In this document: positions 24,750-37,500 of the stretch, one piece after another | Position numbering within the stretch: the stretch's first letter is position 1 | How the letters are laid out: every line of letters begins with the position of its first letter | DNA from: Takakia lepidozioides | Lineage: Eukaryota; Plantae; Bryophyta | DNA: 64,000 nt | Assembly (NCBI GenBank): GCA_030704615.1 | Contig: CM060731.1 | Span: 25,110,001 to 25,174,000 of the forward strand | Reading direction: 5' to 3' | Notes under the pieces: generated by a model | Told to the model about the DNA's origin: nothing | The model's input: only the letters and a program-made list of their open reading frames with translations | The model's database searches: none | Position numbers and translations under genes: made by a program

Positions 24750-26265
24750 AGATATGTTAATGGGTTTGTGGTCGGTCTAATATGCTTATTTTGTTCCCAA
24801 CAAACATTGTTGTGTAGGAGAATTAATCCATGTGTGATCGAATTGAAAATTGTAATATGTCAAAAGTTCATTGAACATAAGATGGAAGTGATATGGTTTG
24901 TCATGAACAAATGAAGTGAGTCACATTATTGGGTTTGCGAAGATTGATATTAAAACTCCAATATAAATGATTGGATAATTTTTTGGTGTTTTATTCTACA
25001 AACTTTGTAATATGTGCAAAATGTCGTGAAGAGAAAACAAATAAGATTTATATATTGCAATTACAAATATACCTATGTTAGATGTCGCAGGGATGAATTC
25101 TGCACCACTATGTGTTACGATGTCGTAGCTTTGAAACGAGGTGGTTTCATCGTATAAAATTGTCATTCCATGTCCATCGTAACACACTAGTTTTGAGAAA
25201 CGATCATTAGCTCTATATAACAACAAATTTCGATTGTTTTGGGGGTGTAAACGAGTTTCATTTAAACATAGTATGTGATATGTTCATATGTTGTAGTGGT
25301 TCATAACGTCGTGATAGTAATTTTGCATTGAACGAATATTTAGCGATTGAATGATTATATGTGTGCGATATAGCAATTTCAAATTTGCTGTATATAGTTC
25401 TCATTTGGCAGTCAATCATTTGTCGCCTATTTATTTCTTCACGTATGTTATTGTCTAGATGGAAATTCTTCTCGTATAACGGAACTAGGAGATATAAGTT
25501 TTGTCGTACTCTTATGCGTGATAAAGTTGTGTATATTAGTCCTGCGGCGAGTTGACTTGGGAACTGAGTACGAGCTATTATGTGGTTAGAATTGTCCGTG
25601 AATTGATTTTTTTGTTTTTTTTTGCTGCAATTGGAGTCCTAGATTTGCATATATCATTGTTGCTTTAGTATACGTGTGAATAAGAAGCTCGTGTTTTTTA
25701 TCTTATTGGTTCATTAGAAAATCTATCCAAATCAGTGGGTACGACAACTGAGGTTGTGTTGAGCTCTATTTACTAAATCATCTTGGATGTTATAATTGCT
25801 TCCACATAATTCTACTAGCATGTTGGGTTACACGAGCACAAAGATATGCAAATCCGCAATTTTTTTGGCATCTAGAGAGAGTTCATGTACGCCACACCCG
25901 AGGAATGATAGAGGATTATTGCTTTGAATGAGAAAATCTGTCCTTAGGTTCGATAAAAAATGGTTTTATTGTGTGCCTAGGTATGTGCGTTTGTGAAAAA
26001 CAAGTGAGGGACTGTTGGATCCGACGACAGTGGCCTGTAGCATACATTGTTTATGTTCTTAATGTCATCAATGTAATGTCGCTCGAAATCAATTTAAAAT
26101 TTCAATAAACGTTTGATCAGTTTGTCTCATGACCTTTGTTGATGTGTAATCGCAGTTTATCATGCCAACAATTTATGTCGCATATATTCATTTGATCTTG
26201 TTTCATTTTGAATGTCCAAAGTATCTCTAATATAAGAGACCTAGTAAGAATCACTGGTTGTATGT
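24750..26265 (-). mobile_element. Highly degenerate Helentron/Helitron2-type ORF: C-terminal half of a Pif1 helicase fused to an AP endonuclease (EEP) domain
   Basis: Manual translation across frameshifts. Pif1: motif III-like SDSY*V..RD.WTF (~26235-26260), motif IV KVMRQTDQTFIEILN*FR (~26085-26135), PHLFFTN..HN, NMLVE..NYNIQDDLVN, RTQFPSQLAA, motif VI YTTLSRIR..NLYLL. EEP: IQSLNIRS, HILCLNET (~25254-25275), IAIYKS, IG(D)FNINL (~24945-24965), DHTWIN, AY*TDHKPI (24759-24776). Confidence 0.82.
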
Positions 26266-26478
26266 GTAGGGTGGAAGAGGATAAGGGGCCCATGTTTGAA
26301 GGGGGGTGTGAGGATTGGATGATGGTCCAGGAGTTCACTAGGGCCAACATGGAACGTGAAAAAGCCTGTATTAAGGCTAAGAAGAGGGCTCGGAGAGTGC
26401 TCGGAAAACTGCACACCCCATGCCAGAGACATAAATACATGGATGGTGCAGCAGTAGGACCTAGCTAGGCTTGGAGAA

Positions 26479-27280
26479 GTGTCCCGTAGCGGAGCCGCCG
26501 CCGCCACGGCTAGGGCCACCGTCATCTTCTTCTCCCCGGATGTACCAGCCACATGTCTTTTGAACGCCATTGTTTTCGAATGCATGATGAGGAATTTGAA
26601 AGCTATAGCAAGGAAGATGGGACTTGCTACGGATGAGGGGAAAGGTGAAGAAAATGGTTCGAAGCAAAGACGTGTCAAACCAAAAAGTGGAGATCAAAGT
26701 AGGAAGCCAAAGCAGGAAGCGAAAGTGAAAAATGTGCAAGCCAGTGTGACGATCGGCATTGGAGGAGGAGATATTGAGGAGGTCTGTTTGAGAAAAATGG
26801 ATCAGTTCATACATGATAGCTGTGTGGTAAGTTTGTGCGCCTTTGAAAAAGGTGACACTCTCTTGCACTTGCACATCCAGATGGTTTGTCAGGTACACAC
26901 TTCCAGCATTCAAATGCTTCACAAGCAGATTAAAAAACCATTTGGGATGGTTAGATCCACACTTGGCACTACCTGGTTTTGCATAAAAAAACCGGGTTTG
27001 TTTGTCGCATCAGAATATTTTGGAGCGTGCACAAATGTGGCAGAATCACAAGATGCGTAGACAGATTGCAACCACTCTTCCAGGTGTCCTTATGCATATG
27101 TTGCGATCTGGATAGTTTTATCCTGCTGCGGGGTGGGTTGTTCATTTAAAAAATAATGACATGGATTTCCATCGTTCGCAGTCAATTTGGAAATCAATGG
27201 TTTCGTCACATGACCTCGAGATTGTTGATATAGCACGCTTTTTCTACGAGGCATCTTCCCATATTTCAAGGCTTCAATGA
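26479..27280 (+). mobile_element. Degenerate Replitron-like HUH (Y1) transposase
   Basis: ASVTIGIGGGDI..MDQFI..LCAFEKGDTLLHLHIQMV (HUH at 26866-26874), then after frameshifts HLGW and KNRVCLSHQNILERAQMW..TTLPGVLMHMLRSG*FYPAAGWV..IWKSMV..DIARFF. This resembles the Replitron Rep and C-terminal domains as I recall them. No helicase is fused, and the catalytic-Tyr segment appears deleted at ~26980. Confidence 0.75.
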
Positions 27281-27665
27281 TCGGTGGACTAACGTTTTTT
27301 CACATTCCAAACCTTCTGAAGCTTCACATGAAGAACACCAGTACACAAGGCCCCAAGTTTGTGTGAGTGAGAAGAGTGGACGAATCTGAGGTTCCGCATG
27401 CACACAACGGTCCGCAACCCGAATACATTCTTGTTTGTGTGCAATGTTCGCTTAATGATCATGTATTCTGATTTCAATGTCTTCACTTTGTAGTTTGGCT
27501 TTCATGGCGTTAGCTTTCATGGCGTTCGCTTTGTCACATTTCAATGTCTTCACGCAGCGTAGGCACGTTCATAACAACAGCGTACGCCACCTTTTTGACT
27601 TTATTGCATACATTTAATAAAGTGGCAACATTTAATACAACATGAGTATACCATGCCATAGTAAA

Positions 27666-28290
27666 TTAATAACAGAACAAGCGATGATGAATAAGGAGTA
27701 AAAAATCGCGGACGTGGATGATTGCCTTTATGAGATTGAGATCTGGATGGTGTATTTGTGACATGTTTGGTTTATGAAAATGTAGAGGGATTCGTGAAGA
27801 TACAGTAAGTTGCTTGGGTTTGGTGTGGGAGGGATTTAAGGCATGGCGGATAGCCATGAGTTCTGCGCGTAGGATGTTTTGGCGGCCAAGGAGACAGTTA
27901 GATGTTCCTGTATTAATGTTGACGATATAGGTTCTATAGCCTACATGTGCATCTCTCACGGATCCGTTTGTACAGATGCACTTTGAAGGTTTAAGGCGAG
28001 AAATGGCCATACTCTTGGATTGATAGAACATATGGTGGGTGTGATGAGTGCCATTCCTCACGACTTGTCTGGGTTGATTTGGGGGTATGGGAGAACGAGG
28101 GTGGATGTATAAACTTTGACCGTGAGTCCAAACAGACGTTTGAGTAGATCACTGAGCTCCAGGAAGAAGGTGGTGGATATAAGTTATGTGGGTTACAGTT
28201 TGAATAGTGGATGCAATTGAATTTGGCTAGTGAGGGTTCAGGGTGCTGTATAATCTTCTTCCCCATTGTATTGGGTGGTATCCCATGACG
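27666..28290 (-). mobile_element. Degenerate RNase H domain, probably from a LINE
   Basis: ICTNGS (YTDGS-like)..VG..ILRAELMAIRHAL (RAEL.AI..AL motif)..HPDLNLIKAII. Confidence 0.65.
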
Positions 28291-29019
28291 TTGTGCTCGG
28301 CCCCTCCCTGAGGCAAAGGTTAAGTTATTTTCTATTAACTTAAGGGGCCTGATTTGTGATTGGTCAGTGCTCTGCCAGGGTGTTTCCCTTATTTAGGGAA
28401 AAAAAAACAAAAGTTCTATTGCCATGCTAATTACATCTCTCTATTCATAAACCTGGCACTGTATATCCATAGCCTTCAGACATTGTATTTGGTAGCAACA
28501 CATGCAAGTATTGTAGACACGATATCCCCAAAGATCAGGTTGAAATCCAGGGCGGCTGCCCTATTTTATTGTGGACCTCCACCTGGAGACGTTCCACAGT
28601 TTCACAGTCTATGATACTGTTTTCATTCCTGTTCACCGAAGGAAAAGCGTTGAGAGAGCCGCCTCACTTGGATTCCGAGGCTGTGGATGGACCCAGGCTC
28701 CTTCCTTTGACTAGGTGGGCGCACCCAATTGCGGAATGCCAACAGGCAATGTTGCTACACTGATTGGATCTTTGAAGAAGACTTTGCTGACTGTGATGGT
28801 GGATGCTGTCAGTCAGTGAAAGCGCAAAGTCAGTCGGTGATCAGTTCTGCAGTTCCTTCAAGACTTCATCTCAAAGTTAGTTTTCATCTGAGGATTTCCT
28901 TGAGGATTGATGACCGGGTAGCACCGGTGGATCCACCGGGGAATCCCCACTCCTTTGGAATCGGGATTCAGCCATGGAAAGAAGGTCGAGAGGAGAGAGA
29001 GCGAGGTGAGCAAGGGGGG

Positions 29020-32000
29020 ATGGCTACAGGGGCTGGAGAAGGCGACGGAGGAGGTGGGCAGGACCACAGCAGACATGCATTTCAGAAACTCATTGTGGGA
29101 GTCTGCGTAATGGAGAAGAAGGTGGGAGCTTCGTCTTGCTGTCTTGCTGACTGTGGTAATCTGCATAGAGGGAATTTAAGGTGCTCGTAGAGTGTTGGTG
29201 GGCTTTGGGGTGTTTAAAGCTGCTCATTTAATATGTGAGTGTCACATTTTGACGAGTTTTACAGAACCTCAAGCGAATTAGTATAGCCCAGAATCAGCGT
29301 TACAATGCATTTCCATTTAGTTTTGGGTTACTTTCTTCCACTGGGTTAAGACACCTCTCGCTTCCATTTTATCTCTTGTGTTAGCTGTCTTCTTCCTCGA
29401 GCCTCTATTGCAAAAATTCTTTCAGTGGAGGGTCCAGACAGATGCATCAGAGATTCCCCGTTTTAGAGCAACGAGGTACCCACGCACAATTGATCTACTT
29501 TGAATAGACTCCAACGATCAAGGAAGTGACATGATCGGATGGCTATGAAGATACTGCCAATGCCATGCAATATTTGTTAACTTCGTTTTTTCTTTTGACT
29601 CTTTTCAGTCAAAGACAAACTCAGAAGTAGACAGTGAACTGGAGAAAGCTAATGACACTGAAGTTGTTACTGCTAGAGCTTCAGGCTTGACCCCACGCTT
29701 GCACCCTGTAAAACTACAGTGTAGAGTGAAGAGAGAATGCAAAATTCTCCATAGAGCATGGCAGGTGTGCTCCTTAATAGATTTCCTAGCTTCTAGTTAT
29801 TGGCCTCAGAATGTTTTGACCTGTAGGACTCAAAAGTGTCCTTCGTATACTCTGTCAACTGCATTGTGAAGCCAGAGCTGAAGTTGCTCACCATCGTAGG
29901 TTCACATCCCATTGTATGAAGAGGTCTTCAACCTCGATATACAGTTTAACTCAACCTTCTAGCAGTCCTTCAGGGCCGTGTTTGAGACATATGGCTAGAT
30001 TTACTCAACTGGGCAGCTTGCTTGCACTTTCCTGTAATAGTTTGAATATATCTCAAGTTCAATTTTCACATAGAACCTGGCGTGTAGACTTTGGGGTTAT
30101 GCTGGGACACTCAATTCTGAGGTCCCATCTGGAAGCTCTGGTCAGGATCAGATGTTGATGAGACCAATGCTGGTGATCTGTTTGTTATGGTTCACTGTGA
30201 AATCTTGCAATGAGGAAAAATTTCACTGTGCCTTAAAAGTAAGGGAAGACGTGGGAAAAGAAAGCACATCTCAATTGCCAAGTTTAAGGTCCTTTCTGCC
30301 GTCGGGAAAGTTGTTAGGGTGCACAAATCTGCAAACAGTGCTTTGTTTGGGCTCCCCTAGTTGGATCTTATTGATTCAATTTGGCCAATTGGCAGCACTA
30401 GTGTCTGCCCAAAAAGGTGAAGAAGAACTTACCTCGATGCACACCTCAGAGCATTCTATTTTTACGACATTGTCGGAAGTGTAAAATTGCAGGTATTGAT
30501 ATGCACATGATTATATTCCTTCATCAATGTTGTGCAAGAAAGGTTGATGACCCCAACATGGAGGTGCACTTTAGCTCTGCTTCTCTACTTTAGCCATGCC
30601 AGTTCGAGTTCCAGCATGGCATGTGGTGGACAAGCTCTACTAGTTAACTCACTAGTGAATGACATAGTTCTCTGTGTACCCTATGAGGGGTGGAGAGGCC
30701 TCACTAAAAGTAGTCCTGTATGAGACAGCAAATTCAGGTCAAGGGCCAATATGTGAGTCCATATGGAATTGGAACAGAGGAGGCCATGCTTGGGTGCAGA
30801 GATTAGGGAATGGATATTCCTCCATGCTGCAAGCACCAGGAGCAACTTGATTCATTCTTGCAGTATATGGGTTTTTGATTATTCAACTTATCAGTGATGG
30901 GTGCAATATGGGGTGGGTTTGCAGGCACACTCGCAGCCTATGACTGAAATTCTCAACAGACTTAGCCGGTTTGGCGAGTTTGAGGTTGCCTCTCTTTTTT
31001 TCTCTCTCTTTATTCCTTTGTGCAATGCCTGAACTGTTAGTTTGTTTTTGATATATTTGTCGTTTTCCTGCATGGTTAGGAGTTGTCTTGCTTCTGTCTT
31101 TCATTGCTCTCAATGTGCGCTTTTCTTGTTGTTCCCCCTTAGGGGGCCCCCATGGACGTCAGAAAGTTTAGTACTCTGTTTCTTTTTCTTCTGCTTGTTA
31201 TGTGTTCTTATCCTAAGATTTCTTTGAATTTTCCGACATCATCAAGGTCCTTTCTTCTTTATTGTCAGTTAAGCAGAGTCCAATGCTGTAGCTCTTGCTA
31301 TTGCAGGCCTTTTCTTTGTCGCTCCTTTTCGTCTTGCCACAGTCATGCAGCCATACATCTCTCTAATCAGACCACATTTATCAAATTATGTGCCAAACTT
31401 GGCTGAGCAAGCCTGTGGTCAGACAACTGAGGGTGGAGGGAGGGGGGCGTTGACTGAGTGTGAACATTTCTCCCATGTCTCCGGGCATGCAAATGTGGTT
31501 GGCAGCTGCACACTTAGTTTTGCAGACCTGCTACACAGTTTTGTCCCCAGATATGAAGTAGGGCTGCCATTCTAGCTTTGGCTTATGGTATTTAGAGATG
31601 GGTGGCTGGTTTTTTGTCTTGTAAGACCAGTCTTGTGGATCCTGATGCTAATGCTTTCTGTTTGAATACAGATAATTATTTTTGGAGACACAGCTATTCT
31701 TAACGACCCTGTTGAAATGTAAGCTGTTGTAGCTTTTGATCTTATAACCAATTTTCCAGCACACGCCTGAATAGCATGTGTCTTATCGCTTAAAAGGTGC
31801 TGGAGTTATGATGTTTTGGTATGCGATTGTTCACAATACATTTGGTGATATGATACTCTTGCTGGAGTTGTGCTGCAGGTGGCCCATTTGTGACTGTCTC
31901 ATTGCATTTTATTCGTCGGGCTACCCTCTGGAAAAGGCTGAAGCTTATGTAGCTCTGCGGAGGTCAATCTTTCTCCCTTTTTTTGCTCCTTCTTTTTGCC

Positions 32001-34499
32001 CTTTTCTCTGGCTGGGAATTTGGATATGAGGTGGCAATCCCACAATCGGCTCTTGGATGGTTGATATCCCACGGGACTATTTTCTCAAGCTATATCATAG
32101 CCAAAGTTTGCATGGAACAGTCAAAAAGTACTGTTCTGTTCTGAGATAATACCTGTCTGTCTGCAACTCTAAGGGCATTGGGAAGGTTTAGGGTGGGCTC
32201 TCGCAGTCTGCGGATAGAGACTGGTAGGTGGGACAACCTACTCAAGATAGCCAACCCCTTACAGGTGTTCCACTACAAGGATCAATGTCTGTCTTTAACC
32301 CATATTTGTCTGAATTGATCTCATTTCTTTGTTCCAAATGTCAAGTTCAGTCTAAGAATGCTTGGCAGCATATCTGCATCTTAGACAATCCCTTGTTCAG
32401 TAGTTGTTTGTGGGCTGCTTGTTGAGGGCCCTACTCTCTTGTTTCCTGCTTTCTCATCCCATAAGCTCTTTGAACTTTCTGCAGATGTTATAAAGTGTCA
32501 TTTCATTGCATTTCATGTCTTTCTTCGTAAGTCTATGGCAGCAGTCTTGAGGACATACTTTGTGTCCTTCATATTGTTGTTTCCAAGTTTGTTGAAAATT
32601 TTATTTTGTCAACAAATTTGGACAAGCCTTGTGAGAGGGCCCGGATGTCATTTCTCATGGAGCTCCACAGCTATGCCATACTAGAAGCCGGACAGGTAGG
32701 CAATTGATAGATAGGTGTGGTGCCCTTCGTTGGTGGGTACCAGAATGAATTGGCAAATAGAATCGTAGCATTTTTGTGAAAATTGAATGCTTGTATAATG
32801 GAAATAAAGTTGACCTGGCCATCAGGCAACCATTCGTGTTCTGTTCTTGTCCAGCTGCAATGATGTTATCATTTCCTTGAGCAAATGCAAGGGTTTGCCT
32901 TATAGTTTGCTGTCTTCGTTAGAGGTGTGAGTAGCATGGACTTTTTCATCGATTCGGGACAGAAAGCTCAATTATTGTATCGGTGGTTTTGTATCAGTCC
33001 ATATCTGGTGAACGATTTGAAAGCACAACGCCTTCTTCAGGATCGCCGCAAAGTTTATGCTGTGCGTATCTTCTGATGTCCCATTTTCCGTTAAGATGCT
33101 GAACCCAACGTATGATCACTTGACTTTTTCATGGTCCAAATATAGACAGGAGTCACCTAAAGAAAATAAAATTGGATTTTGCAGACCTCTATTTAGCACA
33201 TTGACAGGTTAACCAGCAGGTATATAGTGCAGTGTACCGAGTCTGTACTGAGGGAAATGATCTTGTAGTCACAAGTGTAATGCTTGTCGATTACCCTGAC
33301 GTTGTAGTCTTATAGCCATTTACCTTTGGGGATAGTCTCTTCTATGGGCAAAAGCTAGGGTTGTACTTGCCAAGGCTTGCCCACTGCGATTTGCACCATG
33401 GCATGGATGAATTGCTTGACCTTAGAGTCTGTATCTTTCACCGTAAACAGTTGAAGGAGAGAATATGGGCACATTGTATGCAGGTTTTAATTGGAGTATT
33501 GTATTGAACCTAGAAACAAAGAAAGTGTTGTAGGGCTTATATTCTTGTCCTTCTTGCAGCGGCTGGAAGAGTACGGTATTCCTGTTCCAACCTATGCACT
33601 AGTAAACCGAGATTCTCCCGACCAAGATGTTGCATATTTTGGGGAGGAAGAAGACTATGTTGAAGTAAATGGCATGCGCATCATGAAACCCTTTGTGGAG
33701 AAGCCTGTGGATGGTAAGATTTTATCCCTTGAATCTGCTAACCTGTTGGATGCTTGGTCGCAACCAACGGTGGAGGACCTGTGTATTTGTAACTCTAAAC
33801 TTCAAAAGTGCAGAATTTGCTCCTTGTTTACAAATGGTTTATGGAACCAATTCCCTTGGATGCAATAGGTTTCTTCTCCTCTTCTAATCTTTCAGACCAG
33901 TCTTTGTGAGCATCTTGGTCTCAGAGCCATTCTCTCTTGTTGGCAAGCCAACAACGCCGCCTAACCCGTAGACACCTCCAGAATTCAGATAAATGGATAT
34001 GCAGGTAAATGACTCCTGATATCCATGTTGAGCTGAAGAAACATATTTGCTTTGAGGTTCAGATTGAAGTGGTTAGTTTAACTTTTATTATTGATCAGAC
34101 TTGAAAGTGGTGGACTATGATGAGTTGCTCATGATACTCAGTGTTTGGTCCCTGCCAATGTATCCTATTGCATTTCCAGGGATCTTAGGGCTCGAGTCCA
34201 CGATTCCTGATGTTTTTTCAACCTCTCGTGAGCAGGGGATAACCATGGTGTGATGATATACTATCCAAGTTCTGCTGGTAGTGGTATGAAAGAGCTTTTT
34301 CGGAAGGTAAGAGGGTGACACAGACATCGAAACTTTTCTTTTTCTATTTTTGAGAAATGAAATGTTACTTTATAACATCCACGGAAAGCTCAAAGAGCTT
34401 ATGGGACAAGAGAAGGGAAGGAAGTGAATCAAACAAATGTTTAACAGTTGAGAGGGACACAGGCACAGAAATGAAATGAAATGGTGCTTTATTATGTCC

Positions 34500-34549
<50 letters not shown>

Positions 34550-37500
34550 CTCATAAGACGTTGTTTGCCGTAGCCTTGTGGCCATTGACCCCGCGCCCAG
34601 TTTGAGCGGGAACAAAAGGAACAGAACCTACCTCTGTCAGGGGCTGACGTTGGTAGTAAGACCTGAAGACATTTACGAAGTCCGGGATATTCTCATCAGA
34701 GAGTGACCCTCTTCAGGATCATCAAGAACATAGTCCCTGCACCTCTGTTCACCAATGGCCCTGTTGGGGTGTAATTGCTGGGCAGCCTTTACACAGCGGA
34801 TTGGTGCTTGTGTGAACGAATTTCTAGAGGAAATCTAGAAATCCCAAACTGATTTTTTATACCAAGGTAAGTTCCAATACTGGAGTGAGCCCCTCACAAA
34901 TGTAGTGTCTGTTCCCTGTTGTTCCGCCCAAACTGGGTGTGGGGTCTATTGCCACAAGGCTACACAAACATCCAAAAATCGTGGGGACATAAAGTGGTCC
35001 CCTAGTCCAGCCATTGTTGAGTGTTTCAACTCTCCTTCACCATGACTTGCAGCAGGCAACTGGAGGTTTTTCTGCTGGCTTTTGCTGCACTTGACTGTGT
35101 GCATGGATGTCCGATCTGCCATCCTCAGACCCTGCTGATGGTAGCCCTGTCATCATTGGCATCATACCCAAGTTCTGGACATGGCAGACTAGTAGACCGA
35201 AATGGCATGATACTCTATAACATCCCTGCTGAAAGAAATGAAATGACATGATACTTTAGCGCGAAAGAAATGAAATGAGATGAAATGGTGCTTTATAATG
35301 TCCGCGGAAGCTCATAGAGCTTATGGGACAAAATGGAAGAAAACATGAGAGAGGAAACAAAACCAGAGCCAAAAATATAAACTACTGCTCGAGTGATTGT
35401 CTAAGAAAGAAAGAAAGAAAAGAAAAGAAACTTCATAACCTCCATAGGGGCCAGAGGACCTATGGAAATGAAATGCAATCAGGCCTATCACCCCTAGAGC
35501 AAAGGAAAATGTATTTGTTTCCAAATGTGGAGGATGAGTTGAAAAGTCTGACAATTGGGTCCTTGCATTGGTGTTATGTAGGTGGGGAATAGGTCCAGTG
35601 AATTCCATCCGAATGTAAGGAGAGTGCGAAGAGAAGAATCATACATTTATGAGGAGTTCATACCCACTGGAGGAACTGATGTCAAGGTTTAGCATTGTTA
35701 GATTATACCTAGACATACCTATTTGCTGTACTGTTCTACAGGGCCAATTGTACTTAACTTAGCAGCCAGTGAAGTTTGTGTCCAGAAAGATGAAATCAAC
35801 AGTAAATGACAAACGACCATGACACCACATCAGTTGCTCACCAAATATCTTGAGGAGATGTGATGTATGTTCTGATTGCGAGTGATTCTCTTTAAGCTTT
35901 TTTACCAGACTCTAAATTGTTTGCGCCTGCACTGCAGGTTTACACGGTAGGGCCTGAATATGCTCATGCAGAGGCACGCAAGTCCCCTGTTCTTGACGGC
36001 GTCGTTATGAGAAGTGCTGATGGCAAAGAGGTACTAGCTGGAGTGTGTATGGATGTCTGGGAGGTATTGTAGTCTTTACAGGCTAATGTCAGTATTGTAT
36101 AGAGACTTCGGACACAAAAGGAAGGGAAACACTGGGTCTTAAGAGGGCTAGGCAAACATCACCTTTCGACATGGCTCATGTTCTTTCTTGGCAAGTGACT
36201 TCATGGCACAGGATGAACATGCTGTCAGCACCACTCCCACAAAAAGAAGGGGAGGGCCTCCATCTCCATTAAGATGCCCTGAGCAAGAGGGACAAGTGCA
36301 GCTGCATTACCACCATAGTTGCCCTTAGCAAGTGAAATTATCAATCCATATGTGTTTGTGATCATCTGGGTTGGGCATTTGTAACCAAAGCAATGCCAAA
36401 GCAGTCTCACTTGTGCCATACTGGTCTTGACTTGTGGACCATGCTTGCTGTTTGGAACCTAAGACCAAGTCACCCAAGTAACTAGCAAGTGCAAAGTTTG
36501 TTGATTTTATGCCAAAAGTAAAATATTTAGCTTGTTGAATGTATCAGGTACGGTATCCGGTCTTATTGACACCAGCAGAGAAGCAATTGGCACGAGAAAT
36601 CAGTGTGGCCTTTGGCCAAGCGGTAAGCCAATGAGATGAAAGAAATGAAATGGTACTTTATAACGTATAAAGAAGAAAGAAAATAAGGGAAAGAAGAAGG
36701 GAACTTTACACAGGGGGCATGTGGACCCATGGGACAGTATAACAATCCAAGGACTGCTTTTCGAATGCTGTCACCTGAAGATGACGTGCCTTAAAGTATG
36801 TACGTGACAACGAATGTTCTCAGGAAGCGTCAAGAGCCCATGGGACTGAATAAAGTAAGAAGATAGTGATATTTATCACACTCAGCTCATAGAGATGGAG
36901 TGCTTAATGCAGATAACACTTCGGGTTCTCATGCTGGAGGCCTGTGCCAAGACAGCCAATCTCGAAGAATACAGTAGTATTTCGTATGCAGAGCCAAAGA
37001 ATAAGAAATATGTTGTGTCTCCACTTGTGGGTGATATTTAGACAACTTCTACATCAGCTGTGGCATTCCATTTTCTTCCCCCAATCTGAGAGACTTCTTT
37101 TTCTTATGGACTCTTTGGGCTTTATGACGACACCCCTCCCAGCCAAGTTGCAGTTCTAAGTCCTCCTCAAGGATAAATCTTACAGCCCAATTATTTGTTT
37201 GTGGCTCTTTCCATCTCTTCGATGCATTGGGATGATTCAGGGTCCACATGATCTGAGGATTAAGACTGGGAGATGGGGTAAGCTGCAGCTTGTATACTTG
37301 TGCCATACAGAACAGGCAGGAGATTGAGACTGAGAACACTTATTTCACTGTCCGTTCTTCTACAAAATCTGGGGCTGCTATTTTTTCCTATTTAAAGACA
37401 GCCAATCCCTTATAGAGGCGTTCAAATGTGAGGATCAGAGATACCGTGGAGCATATCCATATGGGCTCTCAACCTTAGAGAATCTGGTTTTGGTGGCTGG

